Shown piece by piece: positions 1-12,955 of a stretch of 64,000 nt of DNA (the stretch's first letter is position 1; each line of letters begins with the position of its first letter). Origin of the DNA: Oculina patagonica (taxonomy: Eukaryota). The stretch is taken from the NCBI RefSeq assembly GCF_052425735.1, contig NC_135770.1, positions 558,001-622,000 on the forward strand. Direction: 5' to 3'. The position numbers and the translations under genes were made by a program. The notes below the pieces were generated by a model, which worked only from the letters and a program-made list of their open reading frames with translations, made no database searches and was not told the origin of the DNA.

Positions 1-369
1 ATATCCAACTTACAGCCAAAAATAGCTTTGCCAAAGCAAAGCACACCGACAGAAGTGATAGACGTGGTTATGTGAATTTGAATGTATTTCAAAGTGATTT
101 ACCGCAATTCTTTTTTTGTATTTTTAAATGAAAATAGCTGAAAAACATTGCAAAACGTTTTCCGGCTGAAAAAGTCAAAAGTTCTCCAAGGTTCAAACTT
201 AGTTCAAAAATAGACGTAAGGAAGAAAGTTATTAACAATTGTTGGATATGAATGGTTACGTATGCTCGTATGCTACCGAGTCCGAATGCTACCGGTCGTA
301 AATGGAGAAAAACTTTCTCGCCAAAACTAAACTTGAGCGCGCTCGCCGCGCGCTGTTTGCCGACAAGTA

Positions 370-1425
370 CAGTATGGAGCCCAGTTCTCGGCCGGGTCCA
401 GTTCTCGGCCACTTAATGTTTAACGCGTTTTTTCACGCTCCAGTTGAATTAAAAGAAAAAGTTATTTCCTTCAAGCGATAGACTGAATCATGTGCTTTAA
501 GTATCTTGAGTTTGATCGTTCAACTCGATATAGAAAGCTCACACGTCGAGTTTACGCGGAGGTAGGTGAATTTGTTTTCCCGAAAAATTTGTTTGTTTAC
601 GGCTCCTTAAAATTCATGGATGTAGTTAAATTCGTATTTTATCTGAAAGCCTCCACCAAACGAGCAAATTTTTGGCATGTGAAACGTAGAATAATTCAAC
701 TTTTTGCTTTTAGTTAACTTTTCGTTGAACCGTTGTATTTTTTGGTCTTAATTTACTTCGAATTTTTTTCTTGCGACGTTTGCGTATTTGCCAGTTCTCG
801 GCCACCCTGCTCGCTATCACAGCTTAACTCTTGGTTTTTAATATAATTTCATCTGCTGCTGCCAGAATGAAAGAAACAAATGTTTTAAAAATAATGTTCA
901 ATCTTATCTCTAAGTTTTGAGCTGACTCTTGTCTTGTCTATTATTTCTACAACACCAAACTTTTTCAAGACCTTTTCACTGCAAAAATAAACCATCTAAA
1001 TGCATTGGACACACAATGCGGTTTTGCCAGAACCTGCACATGGGCAACTAGGCGCGTTAAAAACCTTCTTTTCTAAAGTAAAACAAAGCCTCATAAACAT
1101 AATTTGGGATCGATATAACATAAATAAGTTTACAGAGTGATTTTATGACTGTGAAAATTAATTGAGCATTTTTTTTTACAGATAATTACGCACAAGCTTT
1201 TTAGTGGCCGAGAACTGGGCCAAGGTGGCCGAGAACTGGGCCCACAAATGGAGCTTTTATTTTTATTATTGCTCGGGCAAATTAATTTTTGACCGGTCGA
1301 TAGCTTTACACCAAAAAGCTGAATAATGTAGCTAGCTCTGGGAGAAATTTCAAGTTCCTGCGGTTCTTCTGAGGTAAGAAATACAAGTTTACGTTAAAAG
1401 TGGCCGAGAACTGGGCCCCATACTG
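370..1425. mobile_element. Non-autonomous Tc1/mariner-pogo-like DNA transposon (MITE)
   Basis: 24-bp TIRs CAGTATGG(A/G)GCCCAGTTCTCGGCC at 370 and ending 1425 (1 mismatch); TA on both flanks (368-369, 1426-1427); internal subterminal copies of CAGTTCTCGGCC; no transposase ORF. Confidence 0.85.
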
Positions 1426-1645
1426 TACTGAAACATTTAGACTGAAACAATGAAGTCGCAGTTCCAAATTTTTCGCTAAATTTTGATTTTAGAGATTGAT
1501 ACTTTAAACAAAACAGTAAAAAAAATGTCAGAAGTGGAACTTGATAAAAGTGTTGAAGACCAATTTACACTTCGTACCTGGCAAGAATGGATTCAACAGA
1601 GCGATTAATATCACCGGATTTTTGGCTGAATTTGGATACGGTAAA

Positions 1646-1792
1646 TACCTAATCGTACCTATTCGGTACGCTTCGGCTGCATATCAGGCTCGTTTGGTCT
1701 CGCCATGGTGCGTCTCGCCAAAATACGAACCATGGCTCAACCAAACTCGCCCGATATGCCGCCGAAGTGTACCAAAAAGGTACGATTAGGTA
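1646..1792. mobile_element. Short foldback (hairpin) MITE
   Basis: TACCTAATCGTACCT...AGGTACGATTAGGTA; imperfect palindrome over the whole ~147 bp. Confidence 0.7.
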
Positions 1793-2808
1793 TAAAAAGC
1801 AGACACTTAAACATGGTCCTAGCAGCATACAAACACTACATTTTTAATCTCCCGTAAGCAGACCCTCTTCTTCGTGAACACTTTTTCAGGTTCCTAGAGT
1901 CTTCCTAAGGTGTACTTGATTGCTCTTTCCACAGCATGTGAGCATTAGCGAATCGACAGAGATTTGCAGAAGACTTTTAAATTGTTCTTGGCCCTGTTCT
2001 GCATCTTGTGTGACAGGTGCAAAGGACCTCACGAACAATGTGGAAAATCACGTCCTCTATATTTCTGCTTTAACTTTGCGCAAGAACCCCACACTGTTTG
2101 TTTTGCAATTGTGCAATTTAGCGTATGCTTCACAGACTTTCACAGCCCTATACAAATGCAAGCAGGTGACCTAAGGTCAAAAATAAAAAAAATATATATA
2201 AAAATTAAAATAAGCAGGCGACCTAAGGTTTGATAATTTTACTGAATTCTGGTTGGTTTGAGCTGAATACTGCTGTTTTGTGGTGTCCAATTGAGTTTAA
2301 CATGCACAGCACCTCTGCAAACACGGATTAGCCAGTAGCAACCATTGTCTGCTTTTGACTGACCCCCCAAGAAAACTGAGCAGAAAGCTGTTTAGCACAA
2401 AAGTAGGAAGAAAGAGAGAGAAATTATCCAATAAATAGAACAAATCCTCGGTAGATCAGTATGACTTAAAGTAGCTGATTTTATTGGCGAAATTGCAAAC
2501 CTATTTCTCAAGTTTGGCAGGTGCCGGGATATTTTGCTTGCATCAATATAATACATCACGCAATAAACAAGAGCCTTCATCCAATAAGGTGTTTCATTCG
2601 TGCCTCAAGGTGACAATTTGGTAGATTTTTAAACAAACACATGCTCACATAAAGGTAAACTTTATGTCATCTTTGCAACGTATGTTTGTATTGTATTTGT
2701 CCGAGTGGGTTTTAAAATAAACAATTCCACCTCTTTCAAGATATTATTTGCGTTTTAAAAAGATTAAGGTAGAGAAATAACTTCCCCAAACTAAACAGTT
2801 TGAGGAAA

Positions 2809-3768
2809 ATGAATGAAGCCAGAGGAGAAACCTTGCCGACCACGTTTAAAGGCATAAGTTTGCAATTTGGGTATGTTTATAACTCTTTCATCGCTCTGTC
2901 GTGCTTGAATATTTTACTAGCCATTACTGCGTTTCTTGGAAATACTTTGATCTTCCTCGCTCTTGGAAGGAGATCTTGTCTTCATGCACCATCCAGGTTA
3001 TTAATTCGCTGTTTAACATTTACTGATCTCTGTGTTGGTCTTGTTACTCAGCCATTAGCTGCTCTTCACGCGATTTCCATTCTCACTGAACATTTGCAAA
3101 TCTATCAATTCACCGTTGTTTCAAGTTATTGCATTAGTGCAATTCTAAGCGGGGTGTCTCTCTTCATTTTAACCTTTATAAGCGTGGATCGACTGCTAGC
3201 TCTGTCGCTTGGAGTACGATACAGACAAACTGTGACCATTCAACGCGTCCGCGTTGTCGTGGTATTTATCTGGGCGGTGAATATCGCGAACGGAACCTCC
3301 CTCTTGTCGGGGAAGAAATTTTACTTCTATATACTTTGCCTCGCGGGCATTTTACTTTGCGTGGTAATTTCGACTTTTTGCTATGGACGAATTTGCCACA
3401 CTCTTCGTACGCAAAAGATAAAAGTCCAGGCCATTTTCTCTCAAAGAAAATCAAATGAAAGCTCTCCACTACACATTGAACGGTACAAGAAGACAGTTTC
3501 AAGCGCTCTTTGGGTTCACTTAACTTTGCTAGCGTGTTATCTACCGTTCAGCATAGTTTCAGGAATAAAAGCTGTAACTGGGGAGACTTTTGCATTGGCC
3601 GAGGGATTTACTGCAACTTTGATATTCTTCAATTCATCGCTAAACCCTGTTCTCTATTGTTGGCGAATCAGGGAAGTGAGACAAGCTGTAAAACAAACAA
3701 TCAGAGAATACTGTGGCTTTTCTAGTGAAGCCCAGACTGACATTAATGAAGAAACGCCAGGTTACTGA
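2809..3768 (+). CDS. Intronless class A (rhodopsin-like) GPCR, melanocortin/adenosine-receptor-like orphan
   Basis: Seven hydrophobic segments; GN in TM1, LTFTDL in TM2, SVDRL in TM3, CYLP in TM6, NSSLNPVLY in TM7. First ATG at 2809 (the ORF track starts at TTG 2800). Confidence 0.92.
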   Translation: MNEARGETLPTTFKGISLQFGYVYNSFIALSCLNILLAITAFLGNTLIFLALGRRSCLHAPSRLLIRCLTFTDLCVGLVTQPLAALHAISILTEHLQIYQFTVVSSYCISAILSGVSLFILTFISVDRLLALSLGVRYRQTVTIQRVRVVVVFIWAVNIANGTSLLSGKKFYFYILCLAGILLCVVISTFCYGRICHTLRTQKIKVQAIFSQRKSNESSPLHIERYKKTVSSALWVHLTLLACYLPFSIVSGIKAVTGETFALAEGFTATLIFFNSSLNPVLYCWRIREVRQAVKQTIREYCGFSSEAQTDINEETPGY

Positions 3769-4826
3769 CAGCCTTGTGTAATCCTAGAAAGGCAATCACT
3801 TGGTAAACAAACAAAAATCACTGTGAGGCGGATCAGATTGAGACTCTTGGATTCTACATAGGCTTTTGTAACAAACTGGGGCAATTTACAGGGAAATGAG
3901 TCTCTTTTATCCTCCAGTGCTTCGAGTCTTCCGAACCCAGAATTCAACTGTTCAAAGTGACGACTCTCATAGTGAAGGTTGGTCCCCTAGGACATAACAA
4001 TGGATTAAATTAAACCATGGCCCTTTTGTTACACAGACTTTTTAGGTTTCCAATCCAAAAAAATGGAAAAAAAAGTACCGGAGAGGGAGTGGGCCGAGCC
4101 GAGGAGCAACTGATGACACCCAACAGGGGTCAGCAAGGGGTCGCAGCAACGCAATTTTTTTCTGGTGGGGGGAGGGGGAGAGGGGCAACTTGGCAGCCGA
4201 ACCAAAGGACACATAAAAGTAGAACAGGGGAAATATTGGATTTCTCTTAAATTAGTATTTATGTTTGTAATGTATTGAATGAGTATAGAGAATTATTGTC
4301 TATTTGTAAGACCAGGTGCTCAAGATGATAAAATAAAGTTTGCATCAACGATTACGAATAGCTGAGATCTCGGTTACATCGCAAGGTAGTACATGAAAAT
4401 GTAGCTCTTGTGCTTGAACTATACTTCTCTGCTTCGCCGCTTGTTGCTAAATCAGTAATTCATCTGTTCTTCATTGCCCATTCCCATCGGTTGATGACTC
4501 GGGTATCATCCAACTTAGATATTGCTTGAAACCAGTTTGATTTTTCTTACATCTTGATCGAAGCGAAACTGACATGGCTGAACACTGAACTTCTGAACTC
4601 TACACTTAAGCATGTGACCGCTGTGCAAAGAAGCACATCAAAATTGTTGGGGGCCGTGGCCCCTTCTCACCTTCTCACTTACTCGTGACTTGTGACTTTT
4701 TTTTTACGAGTACTTACAGTAATGTTAGTTTCGTACAATTTGATGATGTAAACAAAAGACTTTTATTTCTTTGAACGCTCACAATTATTTCCTCGCTTGA
4801 GAGACGTATGTGTTTTGTCCTGAAAA

Positions 4827-4971
4827 ATTCCATATTGATGACGTAGCTCTACAGAGATCCGTGTCGTGTTTCTGATTGGTTGTTACTTGCACGCGAAAAT
4901 TTCAAAACCGAGCAACAACCAATCAGAGACACGACACGGATCTCTGTAGAGCTACGTCATCAGAATGGAAT
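4827..4971. mobile_element. Palindromic MITE core
   Basis: Near-perfect ~55-bp inverted arms (TGATGACGTAGCTCTACAGAGATCCGTGTCGTG... / ...CACGACACGGATCTCTGTAGAGCTACGTCATCA). A degenerate relative lies at ~22975-23085. Confidence 0.7.
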
Positions 4972-6164
4972 GCTCCTGGTCAACTTGAGCGGAAGAAAAA
5001 TTGAGCGCGTGAAGACAGACGTCCTTTTGTTTCTTTTATGCCTGTGGCTATACTTCTCAATCATGTTCCTCTGTGTTTTTGTCACCTGTTGATATCAGTT
5101 GATCAGTCTTTGCACGGCATGTAAACATCAAGAATAAACACACATCTACAGACTAGCATCCTCTTATCAACAAATTCGGCCTTTGGAGAGCTAATTATTT
5201 GACATGAAATTAAAAAAGCGTGGCAGATGCGTAGCAGATGTAAGCGAGAGGGAAAAAAGGGAAAATTCCAAATTGATTCCATGCCTTAACTGTAATATCC
5301 GACAATTGTTAATAACATTTTCCTTACCTCCGACCATTTTGTAAGAAAAATTCGAATGTTTCAGAACTTATGACGATTAGAGGCCGGAAAACGTTTTGCA
5401 ATGTTTTTGTTATTTTCATTTAAAAAGGCAAAAAGGAATTACGGTTATCACTCTAAAATGCATTCAAATTTTACATAAACACGTCTATCACCGCTGTCGG
5501 TTTGCTTTGGCAAATTTATATTTGGCTCTAAGTTGGATTTTAATAAATGTGGACTTTTTATGTGCATATATTGCCGTTTTCACAGCGGGTGACGAAAAAA
5601 AATCATCAAATTTAGTCAGCGTGGGTGCGCTCATAGCATGTTTGAAAAATTGGCCTTTGTTAACCCTAACGTTCTTACAAGAAGAATAAAAAAGAAAGTT
5701 TCCTTCGAAATTAAGAGACGGCTTTCCGCCTCGATAAACCGGGCACTTTTTGCCTGTTAGCTTCCTCAAGTTTAACATAGTCAGGTGTCTATTTCAATGT
5801 GTTAATTACGACAACAACATCCTTTATTTAATGTGTTAAATATTTCTTTTATGCAATGTGTTAAATTACGACAATCATAAGAATGAGAGAAAACCTCACA
5901 AAAAATCGTCTTCCTCTAATAAGACAACCCACTTCGACAAGTTGGAGGATTGAACGGAACAAACAAAACTTCGCATCAAGGTATCCTGAGTTAATGCATT
6001 TGTTTCTCGTATCCCTGACAGACTTTGTTTTCTTAAAGAAAAAACAAATAATTCCACCACCTGCCACGAAATTCAGTTGTTTTCTCTGCATTGTTAGCAT
6101 AAAAGCTCCTGAACATAAGAGAAGGAACTTCCTCAAACAAGGCAAGTGACAATTTGTTTTGAAG

Positions 6165-7223
6165 ATGGCGGATGGTGACAGCGGAAAACCAAGGGAAACT
6201 TGGTTTGAAAGCAAAAGTTCGACGTACGATTTTAACTCCTTTATCGCTCTGGCGTGTTTAAATATTCTTTTATCTATTACTGCGTCTGTAGGAAATCTTT
6301 TGATCGTGCTCGCTCTTCGAAAAGAATCTTTGCTTCATCCGCCATCAAGACTCTTACTCCGCTCTCTGGCGTTCACTGATCTCTGTGTTGGTCTCATTTC
6401 TCAGCCAATAACAGCTCTTCACACGATTTCCATTCTCACTGAAAGTTTGCGCATCTATCGAGTTACCTTTGTTTCAAGTTTTGTCACAAGTTCAATTTTA
6501 AGCGGAGTGTCCCTGTTCGTTCTAACCATTATTAGCGTGGATCGATTGCTAGCTCTGTCGCTTGGAGTACAATACAGGCAAACTGTGACCATTGGACGGG
6601 TCCGCGCTTTCGTGGCTTTCATTTGGGTGTTAACTATCGCCAATGGGTTCACAAACTTGTTATCGAACAAATTGATCTTTTACAGTGTTTGCTTTACGGG
6701 TATTTTTCTTTGCGTGGTTGTGTCGACATTTTGCTATACGAAAATTTACTGCATTCTTCGTTTCAAAAAACTGAAAGTTCAGGCCACTCACTCGCAAGGA
6801 CAACCTTATGGAAGCTCTGTAATAGTAAGGGTCAAGCAGAACAGGAAAACAGCTTCAAGCGCGCTTTGTTGCATGTGTTGCTACCATTTCAGTGCCCTGC
6901 GACACATCAACGTTCAGCCCATTGAGTTTCAAGGACAGCCAAGTGAATCAAATGAAAGCTGTCCCCTACACATTGAACGATACAAGAAAACAGTTTCAAG
7001 CGCGCTTTGGGTTCACTTAACATTGCTAGCGTGTTATCTACCGTATAGCGTAGTTTCGGGGTTGCAGGCTGTAACTGGGGACGCATTTCCTGTGGCGGAA
7101 GGATTCACTGCGACTTTAATTTTCTTCAATTCAACGCTGAACCCTGTTCTGTATTGTTGGCGAATCAGGGAAGTGAGACAAGCTGTAAAGGAAACCATCA
7201 AACAATACTGTGGTTTTCTTTAA
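6165..7223 (+). CDS. Intronless class A GPCR, tandem paralog of 2809-3768, with enlarged ICL3
   Basis: Same motifs as the first GPCR and long identical stretches (ISVDRLLALSLGV, HIERYKKTVSSALWVHLTLLACYLP, NPVLYCWRIREVRQAVK). ATG at 6165. Confidence 0.92.
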   Translation: MADGDSGKPRETWFESKSSTYDFNSFIALACLNILLSITASVGNLLIVLALRKESLLHPPSRLLLRSLAFTDLCVGLISQPITALHTISILTESLRIYRVTFVSSFVTSSILSGVSLFVLTIISVDRLLALSLGVQYRQTVTIGRVRAFVAFIWVLTIANGFTNLLSNKLIFYSVCFTGIFLCVVVSTFCYTKIYCILRFKKLKVQATHSQGQPYGSSVIVRVKQNRKTASSALCCMCCYHFSALRHINVQPIEFQGQPSESNESCPLHIERYKKTVSSALWVHLTLLACYLPYSVVSGLQAVTGDAFPVAEGFTATLIFFNSTLNPVLYCWRIREVRQAVKETIKQYCGFL

Positions 7224-8369
7224 ACTGAAATGACATTTATTACAGAGAAACGCCTGTGCAGTGCCACACCTAGCAAGCAATGCCGCGGCTTTCACGTGAA
7301 GCTTATATGGTTATATGGTGGCACTGTACACAGTGCCACCTTAACCTTGACAGCCTTGATGGCTTCTTGGAAGCTTTATAGCAAGGCAATGATAGCGTGT
7401 AATTCAGCTTATAGTTATAAAAAGGAGAAAGAAACTTTAACAGCCAATACGAAAATTTAGTTAGTTAAATTTCCAGGTCAGACGATAGATACCAGGAAAG
7501 TCGTCAGTATCCATTGTCTTCAAGTTTTCAGAAAAAGTTGAATAAAGGAAATGAATGGAAACTTTCTTGGAAAATAATCAAAAGTTTCAACTTTTGACAG
7601 ACATTTGCTTGGCTGGGATGCAACTTATGTAAATTTGGCGGGATTTTCAGAAAAAGGAAGAACACTGATGAATATTAATCTTATTCTCCACTTTTCGCCA
7701 CACCCTCTTCTAATAGATAATACAAACTTTGAGCAGACTTTCCTTACCCTGAAAAATATCCCCGCCGTTGACTACATGTGTACGCTGTAAACTACACAAA
7801 AATCGAGTGAAAAAATGGTGACAGGGGCACAGCTCAAAAAGAGATTTTCCGTCGTGCCCCTCCCTACCCCAGGTGTATTTTTCCGGTCGCTTTTGCGCTT
7901 TACACTTTATAGCCTGTTGCTGGCGTCCCGTTTGTTGTTTACGGCAGCGTGAGGAGGGACCCCTCTCTCTTATTTTTTTTCCACCCCCTGTTGTTCTTGC
8001 TGTCTCCCAACAAACTTAACACAGTGAAATCGGCTACTCACGCGAAGATGATTGAAGCTAACTCTCTGGCTCAGGTAGCTTGTCAACAGGCTCTCCGGTC
8101 GACGATGGGGCGAAAAGAAAGCGGGAAGAGAAAAGAGGCGAGGGGAGGGGTAAGGGGGAGCGTTCTTTTCTCCCCCAGGTCGTTCCCGGCTCGCTTCGCT
8201 CTCCAATCTTTCTCGCCTTGCCCCTCGTGGGAGCCTGCTCGCAGCGTGTGGTAATCACGTAAATTCTTTGGGAAAGAGAATTGGATGAAAGGAAATACAC
8301 ACAGATGGTATGTATTGTCAGGTAGGTGAGTAAATGGGGGTGGGTTGGCTTAACATTTGGTTTCCTTTA

Positions 8370-8650
8370 GAGCAGTTTTCAATTGAGTGTCGTAAAACCA
8401 AAACCAAAGAAATTACTCTAGCCAATCACAAAGAACACAGACAATCCAGTAAACCAATCAAAACTCGAAGAAAATACATGAAGCCGGCACGAAGCGCGGG
8501 AAAACGTGCGTGAGCGCGTCATTATTGGTTTTGGTTTTACTTCTGATTGGCCGAGAAAGTGGCGCGAGGGTTTTAAACCAATCACAAAGCGTAGTAATGC
8601 AAAACCAATGCAAACGCAAATTACTTTCGATACTCAAGTGAAAACCGCTC
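8370..8650. mobile_element. ~280-bp MITE, family A (copy 1)
   Basis: TIR GAGCAGTTTTCAATTGAGT...ACTCAAGTGAAAACCGCTC with TA flanks; highly similar copy at 40162-40443. Confidence 0.85.
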
Positions 8651-10384
8651 TATGAGACAAAGGGTGGGGGATCTCTTCAGGTGATCTTTGCAGAGTCCCC
8701 AACTGCTGCTGCCTTTGCTTCGTCAGGGAGCTTCATTTCTCTTACATACATGTATCTATGTATACGCTGTCAATAGTAACCTCACATAACCCACTGATGT
8801 CAAGAACTTTATTTTATTTGAACCAAGGATTCAACAAGGTAATATAGGTGACAGAGAAATGAAAACAGATTGAACATTAAGTAACCAGAAACTCATAAAC
8901 TGAATAATTAGAAGTGGTAAAGACATGTTACAAACTTCAGATAATTGAATTTTCCTTTGCAATATCTCCTACCAGTAAAACAAAACTACATTTGCTAACA
9001 TTTGTAATAATCCTTGGTGTGTATTGTAGAACATCTACTGCGAGAGCTGAGAATCAATTCCACAAATTAAGTAGGACTGACCAGTGTACAAAAATCACGT
9101 TCCTGAAGTTCTTTTATTTTGTGAAAATCATTTTTAAATTTGAAAACCAGCTTCATAAGCTCCTTGATTAACACAACACAAACTCTACTGTTTTTGTTAG
9201 CTTTCTCAGCTATATGACCAAAATTGAATTGCAATATCTCAAAAGCTTCAAAACAAAATTTAATGATTTTGACAGCAACTTATTTACTATCAATGATGTA
9301 CTTTTACGACTATCACATTGGTGTAGTCAAACAGTTCCCCTAGCACAAAATATACTCGTTTCCTTTCATAGCAATTACCACAAAAAATGCTTGACTCAAA
9401 CCTAAGGGGGGTCTGGGCCAACGATTATGAAATAATTTAAATTTCAGGCTATGGTTTTCGACTACGATTAATGCTTTGTAGCCTAAAAATATTGGCAGGA
9501 ACACTTCTTACTGAAGTCTAAATGCACAGATGTAAAGGTCTACCCATGGAATTTCAGACTATATCTCCTTCTCGCTTTATAGATAGACCACTACATGTCA
9601 AAGCAGGTGGAGTGATCCTTCTTATTGGGTCACTGCCAGAAATTTTTTATATCTAAACAAGTATAAAAAAATATCTTAATTTTTTCAAAACTTAAAAGAA
9701 TTGTGCATGACACATGTAATACTACAACAAAATCAATAAGCAGCCGATTGTATAACAACATAAAACACAAGGAACTGTGTCACAGATTTTACCTAAATCT
9801 AGAAATAAGAATGGAAACCCCATTGAGTGAAATAAAAAAATAACCGAAAAAGAAGGAAAAAAATAAAAAAAATTAAAAGAAAAAAAGAAAAAAAAGAATG
9901 GCGAACATTTGGTAAAACGAAACAAAAATTGACTAAACTCACAGTGACACAGACACTGAAATGTCATAATTTGATGATCCCAAAAAAATACGCCAAAATT
10001 TTCATTATTTTTACTCTGTCCCAATCTTCCTCATTCCTGGTCATCCTGGTTACTTTTCAATTTATTATTACCGGTATCTCTTAAGTGCTTTTCTTTCTAA
10101 TAAACTATTATCTTGACATTACCTTCAATTATAAAAAAATACCACACATTGAAGAATTGCTCACATATAAAGCTCTAGCAAAAATTGGTCTCACAAACCT
10201 ATAATCACTGTAAACCAAGGCAATATCTGTGCTTTAAATCTACATAATAACAAACATGTAGTTGTGTTATCTACATTTACAACAAGTTACATACATGTAG
10301 CTGTAGTCACAGAAGACATACACATGTAATTTGCTTGTGTATCAATCCATGTTCTTTCATAAACAAACTTGCAAACTTCACAGC

Positions 10385-11716
10385 TTAAGCAATCTTGTTT
10401 ACAACGGTGGTGTGGAGAGAATTTAGCTGCGTGGTCCACCTGTCCAATCCATGGAATCTGTCGACACTCTGCCCCGTTCTGGTCAACTCCAGAAGTTGAT
10501 TGACTTGGTCAATGCGGCCATGTATAGTATTGTCAAGAATACATGAGACCAGAAGGCTTTCCACCTCTTCTGTATCAATATTCAACTCTTTTGAGATAAA
10601 TGGAATGTGAATCCTGGTGTATGGCTTGATCAGTTTGATAAGAACCTGTGTACGAATGTTCCTCAAGAGATCCTCGATGTGTTCTCTTATAAAAGGGTCA
10701 TCCATAATGTTCTTGCGATTGGTTTTAAGAATTTTTTCAAATTCGTTAATGTCATCATTCTGATAAGCGCTAACAAGATTCGTCATGGCTAGAATCTCAG
10801 GGTCGTTCTTGTAAGGTTTTGCCTCTTGTGAGTCAAACGGATTAATCCCAGACTTCATAAGCATGTTAGCCAACACCAGGTACTTCAAGCATGTTGTGCG
10901 TCTTCCACTACCAGATTCATCATAATTCTTAAAAGCTTCAAAGAAATCAGTGTGAGCAAGTTCATAGTCTCCTTCTCGTAAGTGCATCTTCCCGCCACAT
11001 TCTCTAATGACTCCCATTATAAGAGGATGTGGAATAGCAGACTTGATATGAAGTGACTGCTCATACAAAGCTTTGAGCTTCTTGTTGTTTTTCTGTGCAG
11101 TGTACATTTGAATCTCTAGAGCATAAATTTCCAGCAGCTGCGTGCCTTTCTTGAGGTCATCCTCACCTTCATCTGTCTGACAAGACTGATGTAGTTGTTT
11201 AAGGATCTTTGCTAGTTTGGTGAACTCTCCCCGGTCAAAGTACAGCTTTCCCAGCTTTGTGTTAGTCTTAAACCACAGCCTGTCATTCTTGGCATCTTTT
11301 AAAGCTTCCAGTGTCGTTTCGTAAAAATTCTGCAGCAGCTCCATCTGTTTTGAAGTAGAGATGTAATCCAGGATGGAATTGATTGACTTTTCAGAGTGAT
11401 TTCGTGTAACAGCGCTCTTGATGTATGTGAGCAGTTGTTGATATCTGGTCATCATCTCATCAAAATGACCCAGCTTGAAGTTAATTTTGATCATTTGCTT
11501 CAGGGCTTTAAATCCCCATTCCCCTTTTTCCGTTTCCAGATCCAACACCTTCTGGAAGCTTTGTAACGAGGAGTTAGGGTCATCTTCCTTCAGGGCTTTG
11601 GAGTTGTAGTACTGGTTTTCTAAATCCACATCTGGTTCTGATGCACTGTCCTCGGAGTACTCCAAGTCATAGTCCTCTTCGTCATCGCACATGAAATCAT
11701 CATCCATGTCTGACAT
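10385..11716 (-). CDS. COPS2: COP9 signalosome subunit 2; CDS is a single exon
   Basis: 443-aa uninterrupted ORF with diagnostic sequence ([71 protein letters not shown]) and a C-terminal PCI domain. Confidence 0.97.
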   Translation of the reverse strand: MSDMDDDFMCDDEEDYDLEYSEDSASEPDVDLENQYYNSKALKEDDPNSSLQSFQKVLDLETEKGEWGFKALKQMIKINFKLGHFDEMMTRYQQLLTYIKSAVTRNHSEKSINSILDYISTSKQMELLQNFYETTLEALKDAKNDRLWFKTNTKLGKLYFDRGEFTKLAKILKQLHQSCQTDEGEDDLKKGTQLLEIYALEIQMYTAQKNNKKLKALYEQSLHIKSAIPHPLIMGVIRECGGKMHLREGDYELAHTDFFEAFKNYDESGSGRRTTCLKYLVLANMLMKSGINPFDSQEAKPYKNDPEILAMTNLVSAYQNDDINEFEKILKTNRKNIMDDPFIREHIEDLLRNIRTQVLIKLIKPYTRIHIPFISKELNIDTEEVESLLVSCILDNTIHGRIDQVNQLLELTRTGQSVDRFHGLDRWTTQLNSLHTTVVNKIA

Positions 11717-12169
11717 CTTGAAATAACACTGCGGTGAAACCAGAGTTTGTAAGAAACACGTAACAAGAGATTTAATTTATTGGTAGTTGCACAGCAGGTT
11801 TGTACATCTTTTCATACCAGAAATTCAAGTTTTTGAAGGATTTAAATACAATTTTTAAAGTTTACATACTTAAATAATTAAACATCTGTACATTTGTGTA
11901 TCATAAAAATTATGATTTCATACAAAATTGCCATTGGTGCATTTGTTTTTTTAATCCAGGATTTTTTTTTTGGATTAAGTACAATATTACAGAACTTTTT
12001 TTGCAATATACTGATACATTAATTCAAGTTTCCTGACAAATCTTTCCTAGTCTTCTGATTTTTAGCAATAGATAAAGATATTAGATTAGATACCCAGCAA
12101 ATATTTGTTGTTCTCAAAAAATAGCATTTGTAAGGATTGTTGCCCCCCCTCAATCCCACAGTAAGAATG

Positions 12170-12721
12170 CCGGGGGGGGGGGGTACTCAAAAAAGTTTTA
12201 TACTGGGAGGCTCCGCCCCAAGTTCTAACCCCTTACCCTTTTATATACCATTTTTTGACAGAAATTGTACCCCTTTCGCATACCTTTAACTGAAAAAAGG
12301 TACCCCTTTCATATACCTAAGAGACATGGCGTGGACTTAAAACAGGACGTTTTCTTGTCATTTTTATGTAGCACTTAATAAATTAAAATAATACAGCCAT
12401 AAATTGCGTCTGTTCGAAATATTTTAATTAAAGGCCCTTTTAAATAGCCAAGAGACATGGCGTGGACTTAAAACAGGACGTTTTCTTGTCATTTTTATGT
12501 AGCACTTAATAAATTAAAATAATACAGCCATAAATTGCATCTGTTCGAAATATTTTAATAAAAGGCCCTTTTAAATAGCCAAATGACATATTTCCATACC
12601 GTTTCATATACTTAAACTCGTGAAATCCCAACCCTTTTATATACCTGAAGCCTGAAAAAGGTACCCCTTTCGGGCGGAGCCTCCCCGTATAGGCCATTAT
12701 AGGGAGTACCCACCCCCCCGG
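12170..12721. mobile_element. Non-autonomous DNA element with CCGGGGG...CCCCCGG ends and 8-bp TSD
   Basis: TAAGAATG duplicated on both sides; GGGGTACTC termini; internal ~131-bp tandem duplication starting at 12319 and 12450. Lies in the putative COPS2 5'UTR intron. Confidence 0.75.
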
Positions 12722-12876
12722 TAAGAATGCCACATATACTTACATTGTTCAGTGGATAGAGTGTGAGATGACTTTCTGTCTTCAGTTAGTGATGTGAGCT
12801 GGAAAAATAACATTCAGTACTACAGTAAAACTGATATTTGGTTAAGGAAGAAAGAAATTTAAACCATTTTAGTATT

Positions 12877-12955
12877 CTCAAGTCAGATTATGCATTTCAA
12901 CATAATATTTCTGTCCCGAAAGATGGTTGAATGAATGCAATTCATCACACTTGAG
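12877..12955 (-). ncRNA. SNORD2: Box C/D snoRNA, SNORD2/snR39B-like (copy B)
   Basis: Minus strand: box C GTGATGA, guide ACCATCTTTCGGG, D' CAGA, C' TGTTGA, box D CTGA, terminal stem CTCAAG/CTTGAG. The guide is complementary to conserved LSU rRNA CCCGAAAGAUGGU. Confidence 0.85.

Noticed and set aside
89-2580. Short ORFs here and in other intergenic or intronic regions
   Set aside because: No recognisable domains; many start at non-ATG codons, overlap repeats or are antisense shadows of real exons.
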